The notes below the pieces were generated by a model. The model ran no database searches and was not told the origin of the DNA. It saw only the letters and a list, made by a program, of their open reading frames with translations. 40,000 bases of DNA from Phycisphaerae bacterium (GTDB lineage Bacteria > Planctomycetota > Phycisphaerae > Phycisphaerales > Phycisphaeraceae): NCBI GenBank assembly GCA_030426385.1, contig JAUHYI010000028.1:10032-50031 (forward strand), given 5' to 3'. Of the stretch, positions 25,947 to 35,100 are shown piece after piece. Numbering within the stretch: position 1 is the first letter of the stretch; every line of letters begins with the position of its first letter. The translations under genes were made by a program, and so were the position numbers.

Positions 25947-26024
25947 ATAAAGCACGCGAAATCGCGCGTGTGTATGTTTGTGGGGTGGGTATTATACGGA
26001 TTACGATAAATACTCGCGCGTAGA

Positions 26025-26097
26025 TTTTTATTAGCTCCCGGTGAATACCGGGAGTTTGTGTGAAGGGAAATTTGAGGCCGCGCGAGTTTTTAATGGG
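26025..26097 (+). repeat. 73-bp repeat (left copy) containing the hairpin CTCCCGG-tgaata-CCGGGAG followed by TTTGTGTG
   Basis: It is the exact reverse complement of 39925-39997. I derived this by hand base by base. Confidence 0.85.
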
Positions 26098-26120
26098 GTG
26101 GATATCATCCCGAAATGATG

Positions 26121-26197
26121 ACAAGAAATGGCGAAGAAATGGCGAAGGAATAGCCAAGAAATGGCCAAAGAATTGCGGAGGAAATGTGGGGGGGGGT
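26121..26197 (+). repeat. 11-nt tandem repeat (about 7 units) decaying from ACAAGAAATGG to a terminal G9 run, abutting the stop codon of the transferase gene
   Basis: acaagaaatgg cgaagaaatgg cgaaggaatag ccaagaaatgg ccaaagaattg cggaggaaatg tggggggggg. Confidence 0.8.
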
Positions 26198-27699
26198 TAG
26201 GCTGATTTGCCGGTGGGGCTGAGGATATCGGGGCCGACTGACGAGGGGGGCAATGCGTTGGCTGAGGCTGAGGCTTGGGCGGTCTTGGCGGCTTTGGCGA
26301 GATTGGCCTGGGTTTGTGCCAGTTTGGCCTGATGGGAGCTGGCCAGAGCGCGTTTGCGTCGGATGCCCATGATTACGCCGAGGCAGAACGTGGCAAAGAG
26401 CCAGATACCCAGCACGATCATGGCATGACGCAGGCGAACCCCAGGCAGTGAAAGCGAACAGCCCAGCGCTGCGAAGCCAATGCCCGCGATATAGAGGGTG
26501 ATGACCGCCTGTTTGACGGATAGGCCCATGCGGATGAGTTTGTGATGGAGATGTTGGTTGTCAGGGCTGAGAATACCGTGCCCGTGGATGGTCCTGCGGA
26601 TGATGGCCAAGAGGGTGTCGGTGATGGGCAGGCCGAAGACGACCAGTGAGGCGACGACAAAGCGTGGTCCGCTCTCGGCAGTGTGAGCGAAGAGGAGGAT
26701 GGTTGAAATCGCGAGGAACCCGAGCAACAGCGAGCCGGTATCGCCCATGAAAATGGACGCGGGGTTGAAGTTGTAGACGAGGAAGCCGAGCAAGGCCCCG
26801 ATGAGCGCCAGGCCCATGACGATGCGCACCGGATCGGATACCGGGTCACCGCCGATGGCGTAAATATGATGGCTGATGTTGGTTTGGCTGATGAAGTCGT
26901 AGTGCTGGATGGCGACCAAACCGGCGAGAATCAGGAAGCCGACACATGCGATGGCGGTGACGCCCGCGGCTAATCCGTCGAGTCCGTCAAGCAGGTTGAC
27001 GGCATTACACCCGCCGATGACGAAGATCGCGATGATGGCAGCGCCGAGGATGTAGGTGAATGTGGGGTCGGTATCAATGCCGCCTGCGCGGAAAAATTCG
27101 AACGCCAGTTTTTGTCCGACATCCTGCGTGGCCAACCAGGCGGCGGCGAGCATCTGGCCGCCGACCTTGACACGCGGGCTGATGGCATAAATGTCATCAA
27201 GCAAGCCGACGATCACGATGATGATGGCACCGATGAGGATGGCGGTGGGAAACGCGACGTGGGTGATTGGCGAGATGTGTTCAGGGGTGGGATGCGGGGT
27301 CATGCTCAAGCTGACGGCGATACCTGCCAACCAGCCGAAGAAAATCGCGACTCCGCCCAGGTAGGCGATGGGTTTGCGATGATGTTTGCGGACCTCGTCG
27401 GGACGATCGACGATGTTGTTGGAGATGGCCAGACTGCGCAGGATCGGGGTGCTGAGCAGGCTGAATGCCAAGGCCGCGACGAAAACCCAGCGATAGTACC
27501 AGATGATTCCGAACAGGCTCATGGAAAATTCAGGGTGAGCGTCAGCATGGGTCGTCTGGGCGATGAATGACGAAGAGAATGACGAAGAAGCTGAGATAGG
27601 TGATAAATCAGCCACGGCCACCACCGGCTCAATCAAGGATTGAGCGATCAATGCCAGGGAATAGGGCAATAGCGGTGCGGTCACTGCGAACGACTCCAC
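26197..27699 (-). CDS. Glycosyltransferase family 4 polyprenyl-phosphate sugar-1-phosphate transferase (WecA/MraY-like)
   Basis: D.P..RK.H..P..YLGG, NAVNLLDGLDGLAAG and FMGDTGSLLLGF motifs with multiple TM helices. An alternative start at ATG 27522 (MSLFGIIWYY) would remove the overlap with the upstream gene. Confidence 0.85.
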   Translation of the reverse strand: MESFAVTAPLLPYSLALIAQSLIEPVVAVADLSPISASSSFSSSFIAQTTHADAHPEFSMSLFGIIWYYRWVFVAALAFSLLSTPILRSLAISNNIVDRPDEVRKHHRKPIAYLGGVAIFFGWLAGIAVSLSMTPHPTPEHISPITHVAFPTAILIGAIIIVIVGLLDDIYAISPRVKVGGQMLAAAWLATQDVGQKLAFEFFRAGGIDTDPTFTYILGAAIIAIFVIGGCNAVNLLDGLDGLAAGVTAIACVGFLILAGLVAIQHYDFISQTNISHHIYAIGGDPVSDPVRIVMGLALIGALLGFLVYNFNPASIFMGDTGSLLLGFLAISTILLFAHTAESGPRFVVASLVVFGLPITDTLLAIIRRTIHGHGILSPDNQHLHHKLIRMGLSVKQAVITLYIAGIGFAALGCSLSLPGVRLRHAMIVLGIWLFATFCLGVIMGIRRKRALASSHQAKLAQTQANLAKAAKTAQASASANALPPSSVGPDILSPTGKSA

Positions 27700-29054
27700 G
27701 ATGTCCCGGTTTTCCCCGAATGTCGAGGGGGCTTAACGTCGTTGGTAGAAATCTCGGCCTGGCCGGGGTTTACGTTGACGTTGCAGGCTGGCTGGCTGGC
27801 CGATCTCGCTGCCACTTCGGCCTGCCTATCGGCCGATTTTGCCCCCGGTTTTACCACCGATTGTGCCCCCTGATGCTGGTTCGTGGACGCGGTACGCTCG
27901 AGACTGATCAGGTCGTCGAGCGTCTGGTCAAGCGATATTGTAGCGGAAAACCCGGTGGCTGTCTGTAGTTTTTCCAGCGCGGGGGCCCGTCGCATCAGGT
28001 CATCAAAATTTTGCGCATACGCTTGTTCATAAGGCACATACGCGAGTGTCGAACGCGAGTTGGAACGCGCGATGATACGCTTGGCCAGATCAGTGATACT
28101 GATCGGCTGGGCACGGCCGACGTTGAACACCTGGCCGTGACAGGCGGGCGTCTCAACCAGGCGAATCAGGGCCTCAACGGTGTCACGGACATCGCAAAAG
28201 CAGCGGGTCTGAGTGCCGTCGCCGTAAATTTCCAGAGGCAGGCCCGCGACGGCACGTTGGACAAAACGCGGGACAACCATGCCGTAGTTGCCGATCTGTC
28301 GTGGGCCGATGGTGTTGAATAGTCGAGCGACGACGCAGCGAGCCTTGCCGTTCTGGTGATACGCCAGGGCCATGTGTTCGTCGAGGGCTTTGCTATGGGC
28401 ATAAGACCAACGCGGGCTGGTCGTCGGGCCTAGTTCCAGCGTTTGGTCCTCACGCATCGGAATGCGGTCGGTCATGCCATACACCTCACTCGACGAAGCC
28501 ACCAACACCCCCCCCACGTTCCCCCCCACATTTTCCCCCACGCTTCCCGCCGCATTGCTTCCTACATTTTTCCCCGCATGCTCCACATTGCCTTTGGTTG
28601 TTCCGTTTGTATTTCCGGCTGTATTTCCGCTGGCGGGGGTATTGATCAGGTTGGCGTGATTGGCGACGGCTTCGAGCAGGGCGGCGGTTTGATCGATGTT
28701 GTTGCGAATGGCTTCGACGGGGTTTTCCACGACCAGCCGCACGCCGACGGTGGCCGCCAGGTGATAGACCGCGTGCACGTCAGCCATCAGTTCAGGCTCG
28801 CGTTTGAGGACAGCGGCAACCTGACCCTGTCGCCAGATGTGAGGCAATTGAGTGAAATGGGCGGGCAGATTTTGCGATCGGCCTGTGGATAGGTCATCGA
28901 TGAGGATGAGTCGATCGCCGCGCTGGGCTAATCGATGGGCCAAATGCGAGCCGATGAATCCTGCGGCACCGGTGATTAAGGTGGTTCGGCCGCTTGGCGC
29001 ATTGCCTTGGGCCGCGGTGTCGGACGGGGGAGTTGTGGGGGGCGTGGCAGTCAA
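27681..29054 (-). CDS. NAD-dependent epimerase/dehydratase (extended SDR, nucleotide-sugar modifying)
   Basis: TGAAGFIGSHL Rossmann motif, SSSEVYG, and YAHSK (YxxxK catalytic). TTG start. It carries an in-frame insertion of about 45 aa made of 12-nt G-run repeats. Confidence 0.85.
   Translation of the reverse strand: MTATPPTTPPSDTAAQGNAPSGRTTLITGAAGFIGSHLAHRLAQRGDRLILIDDLSTGRSQNLPAHFTQLPHIWRQGQVAAVLKREPELMADVHAVYHLAATVGVRLVVENPVEAIRNNIDQTAALLEAVANHANLINTPASGNTAGNTNGTTKGNVEHAGKNVGSNAAGSVGENVGGNVGGVLVASSSEVYGMTDRIPMREDQTLELGPTTSPRWSYAHSKALDEHMALAYHQNGKARCVVARLFNTIGPRQIGNYGMVVPRFVQRAVAGLPLEIYGDGTQTRCFCDVRDTVEALIRLVETPACHGQVFNVGRAQPISITDLAKRIIARSNSRSTLAYVPYEQAYAQNFDDLMRRAPALEKLQTATGFSATISLDQTLDDLISLERTASTNQHQGAQSVVKPGAKSADRQAEVAARSASQPACNVNVNPGQAEISTNDVKPPRHSGKTGTSWSRSQ
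28507..28640 (-). repeat. 12-nt G-run repeat array inside the epimerase gene (in frame), with a purity gradient
   Basis: Coding strand: aatgtggagcat gcggggaaaaat gtaggaagcaat gcggcgggaagc gtgggggaaaat gtgggggggaac gtgggggggg; encodes GNVEHAGKNVGSNAAGSVGENVGGNVGG. Confidence 0.85.
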
Positions 29055-29161
29055 TCAAATCCCTCAACACGTCAGCATGACGTTGGCGTTACGTCCGGGT
29101 AGGGCAGGACCGAGTGGTGGAGCCGATTGAGGGAGACAAGTGAGCGGCGAGTGGTGCGCCA

Positions 29162-29228
29162 TGGGGGAAACGAGTGGGGGCGGAGTAGGGGGGCGGAGTG
29201 GGGGGCAGTGGGGGGGCAGTGGAGGGGT
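29162..29228 (+). repeat. G-run repeat block, intergenic upstream of the epimerase gene
   Basis: tgggggaaacgagtgggggcggagtaggggggcggagtggggggcagtgggggggcagtggaggggtg. Confidence 0.75.
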
Positions 29229-29261
29229 GAATGCGATGCTTGTTCTGAACATGCCCGCGTG

Positions 29262-29510
29262 GAACCCTGACCTCTCGGAACCCTGGCCTCCCGGAGCCCT
29301 GAACCCTGATTTTGTAACTCTGACCTCTTGTAACTTTGGCCTTTTGTAACCCTGATTGCTTGTAACCCTAATCGACTGGAACTCTGGCTTGTCGAACCCG
29401 ATGTCTTCGGAATCCAAACCCGCGAATCTAGCCCCGAAAATACCCCCCCCCCGGCCCGCCCGGAAATAACCTGCGAATCTACCTACTCCCACAGAATCCT
29501 GATCGGTTAC
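29262..29510. repeat. Phased degenerate 16-bp tandem array (11 clear units to 29435, looser to about 29510) filling the kinase-epimerase intergenic region
   Basis: Unit starts fall at 29262, 29278, 29294, then 29313, 29329, 29345, 29361, 29377, about 29393 and about 29409. Cores are GAACCCTG / TGTAAC(C/T)CTG / GAATC. Confidence 0.8.
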
Positions 29511-29581
29511 CGCATCACTTGCCTTAACCAGCCGGCTGTCGGTCATGGATGGCATGGTGACGACTGTGCTCGACTTGCGGG

Positions 29582-31861
29582 TTATGCCGGCGTTTCGGTT
29601 TCCGCTTCCTGAGTCTGGCGGGATTTTTTCTTGCGTGGCGTTTTGGGTTCGCTTTGGCCATTGCTCTTGCCGTTGCTCTTGGATTCGTTGCGGTACTGAT
29701 AGTACAAGCGGTAGTTCTGTCGGAAATAACCGCCCGCATTCGAACGTACGCCGTTGAGGATCACGCCCAGCATGTCGGCACGGTGGCCGTCGAGCATGCG
29801 AATCATACGTCCGACCATGCCGCGTTTTTCGTTCATCGCACGGACCACCACCGCGATCGCATCGACACGCTTGGCCAACAACTGCGACTCACTGGTCACC
29901 AGTGCCGGTGGGGCATCGATCACGATCAGATCGTAATCCGATTCCAATTGGCTAAGCAGGTTGCGGAACGCCGCACCCTCGAGCATTTCCGGCTGAGCGT
30001 CATGTCCCTCGCCGTTGGGCAACAGATCCACGCCCGCTTCATCATTGGTGTGAATGGCTTGCGCCAGTGATGCCTTGTTGGTTAACACGTCGACCAAGCC
30101 AGGCGTGGCACGCGTGTTCAAAATGCGATGCAAGCTGGGGCGACGGAAGTTGGCGTCGATCAGCAAGACCTTTCGGCCGTTGAAGCCCAGACTGATCGCC
30201 AGGTTGCTCGCCAGTGAACTGACACCGACGCCGCCCTTGGCCCCGACAAGCATCAGGGTCTTATAGCCACGGCGATCCATGCGGGTAAGCACACTGGTGC
30301 GGACCTGTCGGAACGATTCGGCCAACAAGCCATGCGGATCGGTGCGGACGATATTCTCGATGGTGTCGGGTTTCGACGGATCTTCTGAGGCGTCGGGCAA
30401 AGAGCCCAGAGGTTCCACATCGGGAATCAAACGCAAGTCGCTCGGGCTCTTGATGCGTTGATCCAGCACTTCGATCACAAAAATCAGCAGCGCGACCGCA
30501 CCGACAAACAGCATCGGTACACCCACGGCATAGGCACCGAGTTTTGGCGACGTGAGCACGGGCGTCGTTGGTACGAGCAATAATTTGATGCGTTCAAAGT
30601 CAGGACGCAAGCTACGAACGCGAACCAGTTCGAGTAATTCGTCGGCCTTGCCCAGACGTGACAAAATCGCATCACGGCGTTGGCTGATCGAACTGAACTC
30701 TTGGATCTTGGCATTAACGTCCTGCACGCGGGCTCGTGACTGTTCAAAGCGTTCGACAATGATCGCCATCTGGTTTTCCAGATATTCGAGATTGTCTTTT
30801 GAATTTCGCAGCTTGGCTTCATGAGTCTCGCGAAGATATTTGTCGATTTCACGGGCGCGACTTTGCTCCGCAATGCTGATGCGATCGTCGAGGTTGAGCA
30901 CTTCACGATGCTGCGGGCCATAGCGTGTTAACAATAGTTCACGGCCTTGTTCGAGGTTGTCGATGCGTGCGTCGATGGCAGCTACTTTTTCACTTTTTTC
31001 GGCCCCTAAAAGTTCATCCTGAGTGTATGTGACTCGCCCAGCAGAAGATTTTTCCAGAAGTTTCTGGTGGTTTTCTTTCGAGACTTCCAAAGCCAGACTC
31101 AGGTCGGTCAGGCGATTGGCCATTTTGTTGTATTCAATGGTCGCTTCATTTTTATTGGCATCGAGCGTGGGCAATTCGTTTTCACGGGTAAACCGTGTCA
31201 TCTCTTCCTGGATCTGCTCCAGCTCGTCGTTCATGCGATCGCTTTCCTGCACGAACAGGCGACGCACGTCGCTGGTTTGCAGTTCGTTGTTCAAGCGAAA
31301 CTGCCGCAAGAAAGTTTGAATGACCTGATTGAGCACAATCGGCAGGTCATTGCGTTTCTCTTCGCCTTGGACCGACAGGCTGATGTTGATGTAGGTTGAG
31401 CCGGACACTTGGCCCGCGCGTAGGTTGTCCTGCAGGTTGCGAATGACTTCGCGGTTGTCAGTAAATGACTGATACCAGTCGGTATTACGCACGCTATCGT
31501 GTTTGATCGCGTCTTCCAGAACTTCGTTAGAAGTGAGCACGACCACCTGGTTACGAATAAATGTCGAGACGTTGCGAGCATCAGCGCGGACATCGGCCAC
31601 GTCGTTGGCATCCCAGATGCCCGAGGGCGGAATTGTTACAGCCATCTGTGCTGACGAGGCGTACACCGGTGCGTACTTGCGCATATACACAAACACGCTG
31701 ACCCCAACGATCAAGCCCACCACAAACGCCACGATGAGCACCTTGGCGTATTGACGCAACACACGCAGCGGATCGAGCGGTGTGAAGCGAGGAGATTGTG
31801 ATGACTGCGGGCCGGGAGGGGCAGTCATGGGTGGGATAGCGGAAAGTGGGTTTGCGGTCAT
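29582..31861 (-). CDS. Polysaccharide chain-length determinant / tyrosine autokinase (Wzz + BY-kinase, EpsG/GumC-like)
   Basis: N-terminal TM helix followed by a long coiled-coil periplasmic domain and a second TM helix. C-terminal kinase with Walker A GAKGGVGVSS, A' VLLIDANFRRP, Walker B DLIVIDAPP and a Y-rich tail YFRQNYRLYYQY. Confidence 0.9.
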   Translation of the reverse strand: MTANPLSAIPPMTAPPGPQSSQSPRFTPLDPLRVLRQYAKVLIVAFVVGLIVGVSVFVYMRKYAPVYASSAQMAVTIPPSGIWDANDVADVRADARNVSTFIRNQVVVLTSNEVLEDAIKHDSVRNTDWYQSFTDNREVIRNLQDNLRAGQVSGSTYINISLSVQGEEKRNDLPIVLNQVIQTFLRQFRLNNELQTSDVRRLFVQESDRMNDELEQIQEEMTRFTRENELPTLDANKNEATIEYNKMANRLTDLSLALEVSKENHQKLLEKSSAGRVTYTQDELLGAEKSEKVAAIDARIDNLEQGRELLLTRYGPQHREVLNLDDRISIAEQSRAREIDKYLRETHEAKLRNSKDNLEYLENQMAIIVERFEQSRARVQDVNAKIQEFSSISQRRDAILSRLGKADELLELVRVRSLRPDFERIKLLLVPTTPVLTSPKLGAYAVGVPMLFVGAVALLIFVIEVLDQRIKSPSDLRLIPDVEPLGSLPDASEDPSKPDTIENIVRTDPHGLLAESFRQVRTSVLTRMDRRGYKTLMLVGAKGGVGVSSLASNLAISLGFNGRKVLLIDANFRRPSLHRILNTRATPGLVDVLTNKASLAQAIHTNDEAGVDLLPNGEGHDAQPEMLEGAAFRNLLSQLESDYDLIVIDAPPALVTSESQLLAKRVDAIAVVVRAMNEKRGMVGRMIRMLDGHRADMLGVILNGVRSNAGGYFRQNYRLYYQYRNESKSNGKSNGQSEPKTPRKKKSRQTQEAETETPA

Positions 31862-31996
31862 GGAGCAAAATCCTTACGAGTGCGTCACGCGTGTGGCCGG
31901 TTCTCCCCCGGGGTTGGGGTGGCCGTTCTATATTTTCCCATGAGGTACTCCCGCAGGGCTTCCCATTGTTTCAGTCAGCGGCGAGGGTGTCCTAGG

Positions 31997-32017
31997 CCTG
32001 AATCCTGATTCCTGATT
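31997..32017. repeat. Three tandem heptamers CCTGA(A/T)T upstream of the tyrosine kinase gene
   Basis: cctgaat cctgatt cctgatt, about 135-155 bp upstream of ATG 31861. Confidence 0.7.
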
Positions 32018-32129
32018 CTTTGGCCCTGGGGTTCTATGTCCCTGGGCTTGGTTAGGCAGGCGGGCACAAGCTGGTGCTGAACTGTCTGAATGGTTCATGT
32101 GGGGGAGTATCTTACAGGGTTGTGTCAGG

Positions 32130-35100
32130 TCATTGGGTTTCTAATTCTGCCATACGTTGGGTGGTTAAGTCCAGAATTTCTTGATCATTGGTCGATTTTG
32201 CCAGATCGAGGGCCTGATTGAGTAGATTTCGCGCTTCGATCAATCGGCCATCCTGAATCATCGTCATTGCTAAATGATAGGCTGCCGGCGCGATCGGTTC
32301 GATACTCAGGCTCATTTGCAGGGTTCTTTCGGCCTCCTGATAGCGTTTAAGCCGGTAATAGATCCATCCCAGAGTGTCGAGCAATTGGGGATCGCCTTGG
32401 CTTGAAGGGCGACTCTCCACGATTTCGTTGGCTTTTTCAGCCAGTGGGAGGGCCTGTTCGGGCAGGTTGAGGTCTTCGCAGAGCAGGTACGCCAGATTGT
32501 TGAGTGAGGCCACGTCTTCAGGCACGACCTCAAGAATTCTCTCATAGGCAGCCCGCGAAGGCTCAAAGATCTGTTGTTGATAATAACAGATGGCTCTTAA
32601 CCGATCTGCCATGATTTGCTCCGGGCTTCCCTGGATGAAACTGATCGGCTCGAGCCGAGCGATCGCCGCGCTGTAGAGTTGTTTGTTGGCTTCGAATTGA
32701 GACTTGGCCAGTTCCAGCCAATCGCTTTGGGCGGGAAGCTCGAGCTTGGACAGTTCGCCTAGCAATTGATCCTTGCCCCAGGCCTGTTCCATCTGGTTGG
32801 CGACGATCAGAACTTGCTGGATGCTTCGGCACTGTTCCATGGCCGTGGCAAAGTCCTGGCGTGCTTCTTCGGCTTGCGAAAGCTTGGCTTTCGTATGGCC
32901 ACGCAGTGCCAGCATAATCGGCTGGTTCTGGACATGTTCTTCGTGAGCTTGCAAGGTTGCCAAGGCATCGCGGAGCTTGTTGTGGTTGATGAGCATCTGC
33001 GTCAAGTCGGCCACGGTCTTAGGCGTCGCGTTGAGTTTGACCAGTTCTTTCTGGAAGCCGATCGCGCTGTCGATCCGTTTGGCCTGCAAGTCGAATTGAA
33101 CTTGATAGGTCAGCCACGACGGGTCATCGGGAAACATTTCGCGGCTTTCTTTGAGCAGGTCACGCAACAATGTGGTACGGCCTGCCGCTTGATACAGCCG
33201 GACCAGCATATGTCGGACCTGGTTGTATTCGGGGGCATATTCAAGAAGTTTACGCGCTTCGGTCGTAGCCAGCGTGAAGTCCTGGCGTGAGGTATACAGT
33301 TCTACTAATTTGATACGAGCCTGAATCATCGCCGGATTGATGTTGATCGCGCGGTTGAGTTGTGTGATCGCCTGCGCTTCCTGCCCAGGGATTTGCAACA
33401 GCGAGGTGGCGCGTTCGAAATACACCGTCGGATTGTTCGGCACCATTTCAGCGGCTTTGTCGAAGTAACCGATGGAATCCTGGAATCGGCCACGCGTTCG
33501 CGCAATCATGCCTCGCAGCATTAATGAACTGGCGCTGGGCGATTCGTTTTGCATGGCTTGATCAAGCGTTTTCTCCGCTTCATCAATTTGATTCTGACGC
33601 AGCAACGCTTCGGCCAGACGCAGGCCGACGCGGTTGTCGTTGTTCTTGTTTTTCATCAGTTCGCGATACAGTTCGATGGCATCTTCATTGCGTTGCAAAG
33701 AGAACAACGCATCGGCCAATTGCCGGGTGCCTTCCTGGATCGAAGGGTCTTCGACTTTGCGCGATGCGCGATAGTAGGCCAGTGCGGTATCCACTTCGCC
33801 CATTTGTTGCATGAACCGTCCAGCCATCAACCAGTCGATGGATTGCGCGTCGTCGCCGAGCTTGCTGGTGTAGTCGATCAATGTCTGGCGGGTGCCTTCG
33901 AGATCGCCTGCCGCGCGTTTGAGTTGGGCCTGGGTAAGCACGTTGGCGCGGTTCATGCCTTCCTCAGCGACGATGGCGTCGAGCGTTTGTTGGGCTTCGA
34001 TCGGCTTGTCGATATCTGCCAGTAACACCGCCAGCGTTCGGCGATTGACAATATCTTTGGGGTTGTCCTTGGCTTGTTTTCGGCGATATTCAAGCACTTT
34101 CATGGAATCGCCATGTTCGCGTTCGTAAGCCAGATACGTGTTGAGCAAATTGGTGTTGCCAGTGGCGTAGTCGCTGGCTTGTTTGAAATGCAACAGGGCT
34201 GAGCTGAAATCGCCCAGTGCATTGAATGCCAGGGCCATGCCGCGATGGACGGCGGCGGTGTCGGGTTTGAGTCGCAGTGCTTCCTGATACGCATCGCGGG
34301 CCGAGGCGTAATCACCTTGGGCCATCAGTGCATCACCGAGCACGCGCCAAACGGTGGCGTCGAGCGAGTTGAGTTTGCTGGCACGTTTGAGACTGGTCAC
34401 CGCCAGATTGATGCGTTGTTCGGCCAATTCCAGACGACCGCGATAGACCAGGCCTTGCACACGATCAAGGTTTTGCTTGCTGGCGACTTGTGCCAGATTG
34501 CGTGCTGTATCGTAATCTTCGTTTTGCAATGCTTCTTCGAAACGAATCTGAACGATTAACGGGTGCGTCGCATCAATGGTTTCTGCGGCGACCAATTCTT
34601 TCTCGGCATCTTCCACGCGATTGCTGGCAACCAGCAGGCGATATTTGTTCAGGTGTTTTTGGATAGGCGTTTGTGAAGTGCTGTCGATCTGTTCGGTCAG
34701 CAAAGCCATCGTGTCGATGCTGCTGTCGAACTGACTGGCCATCAGGTTCAACACCTGCTCGGTGGTGCCCGCTTGTTTGGCGCGATCGAGATAGAGCTGC
34801 TTATTGTCCGGATCCAATTGCAACACCATTTGCAACAGCGAGGTATTGGTCGGCTCGGCTTCGAAGCGTGCTCCTGCCAGTGCGAGGGCTTCATCCTTGC
34901 GGTCGGCTTTGTAATAGACACGGATCAGGATTTGTGCCAACGCTGGATCGTCTGCGGCTCCGATGGATTCGAGCAAATCAATCGCGTCGCTGTATTTTTG
35001 CTCAGCCATCAGAAGTTGCACTTTCAACTGACGGGCAATTTTGTTACCCGGCTCGTTTTGCAGACAGTATTCCAATTGCTGGCGGGCCAGGTCGAGTTGG

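Noticed and set aside
29064-29555. 163-aa minus-strand ORF between the kinase and epimerase genes
   Set aside because: It reads straight through the 16-bp array, the C10 run and the G-run block. Its periodic, low-complexity translation is best explained by the DNA repeats.
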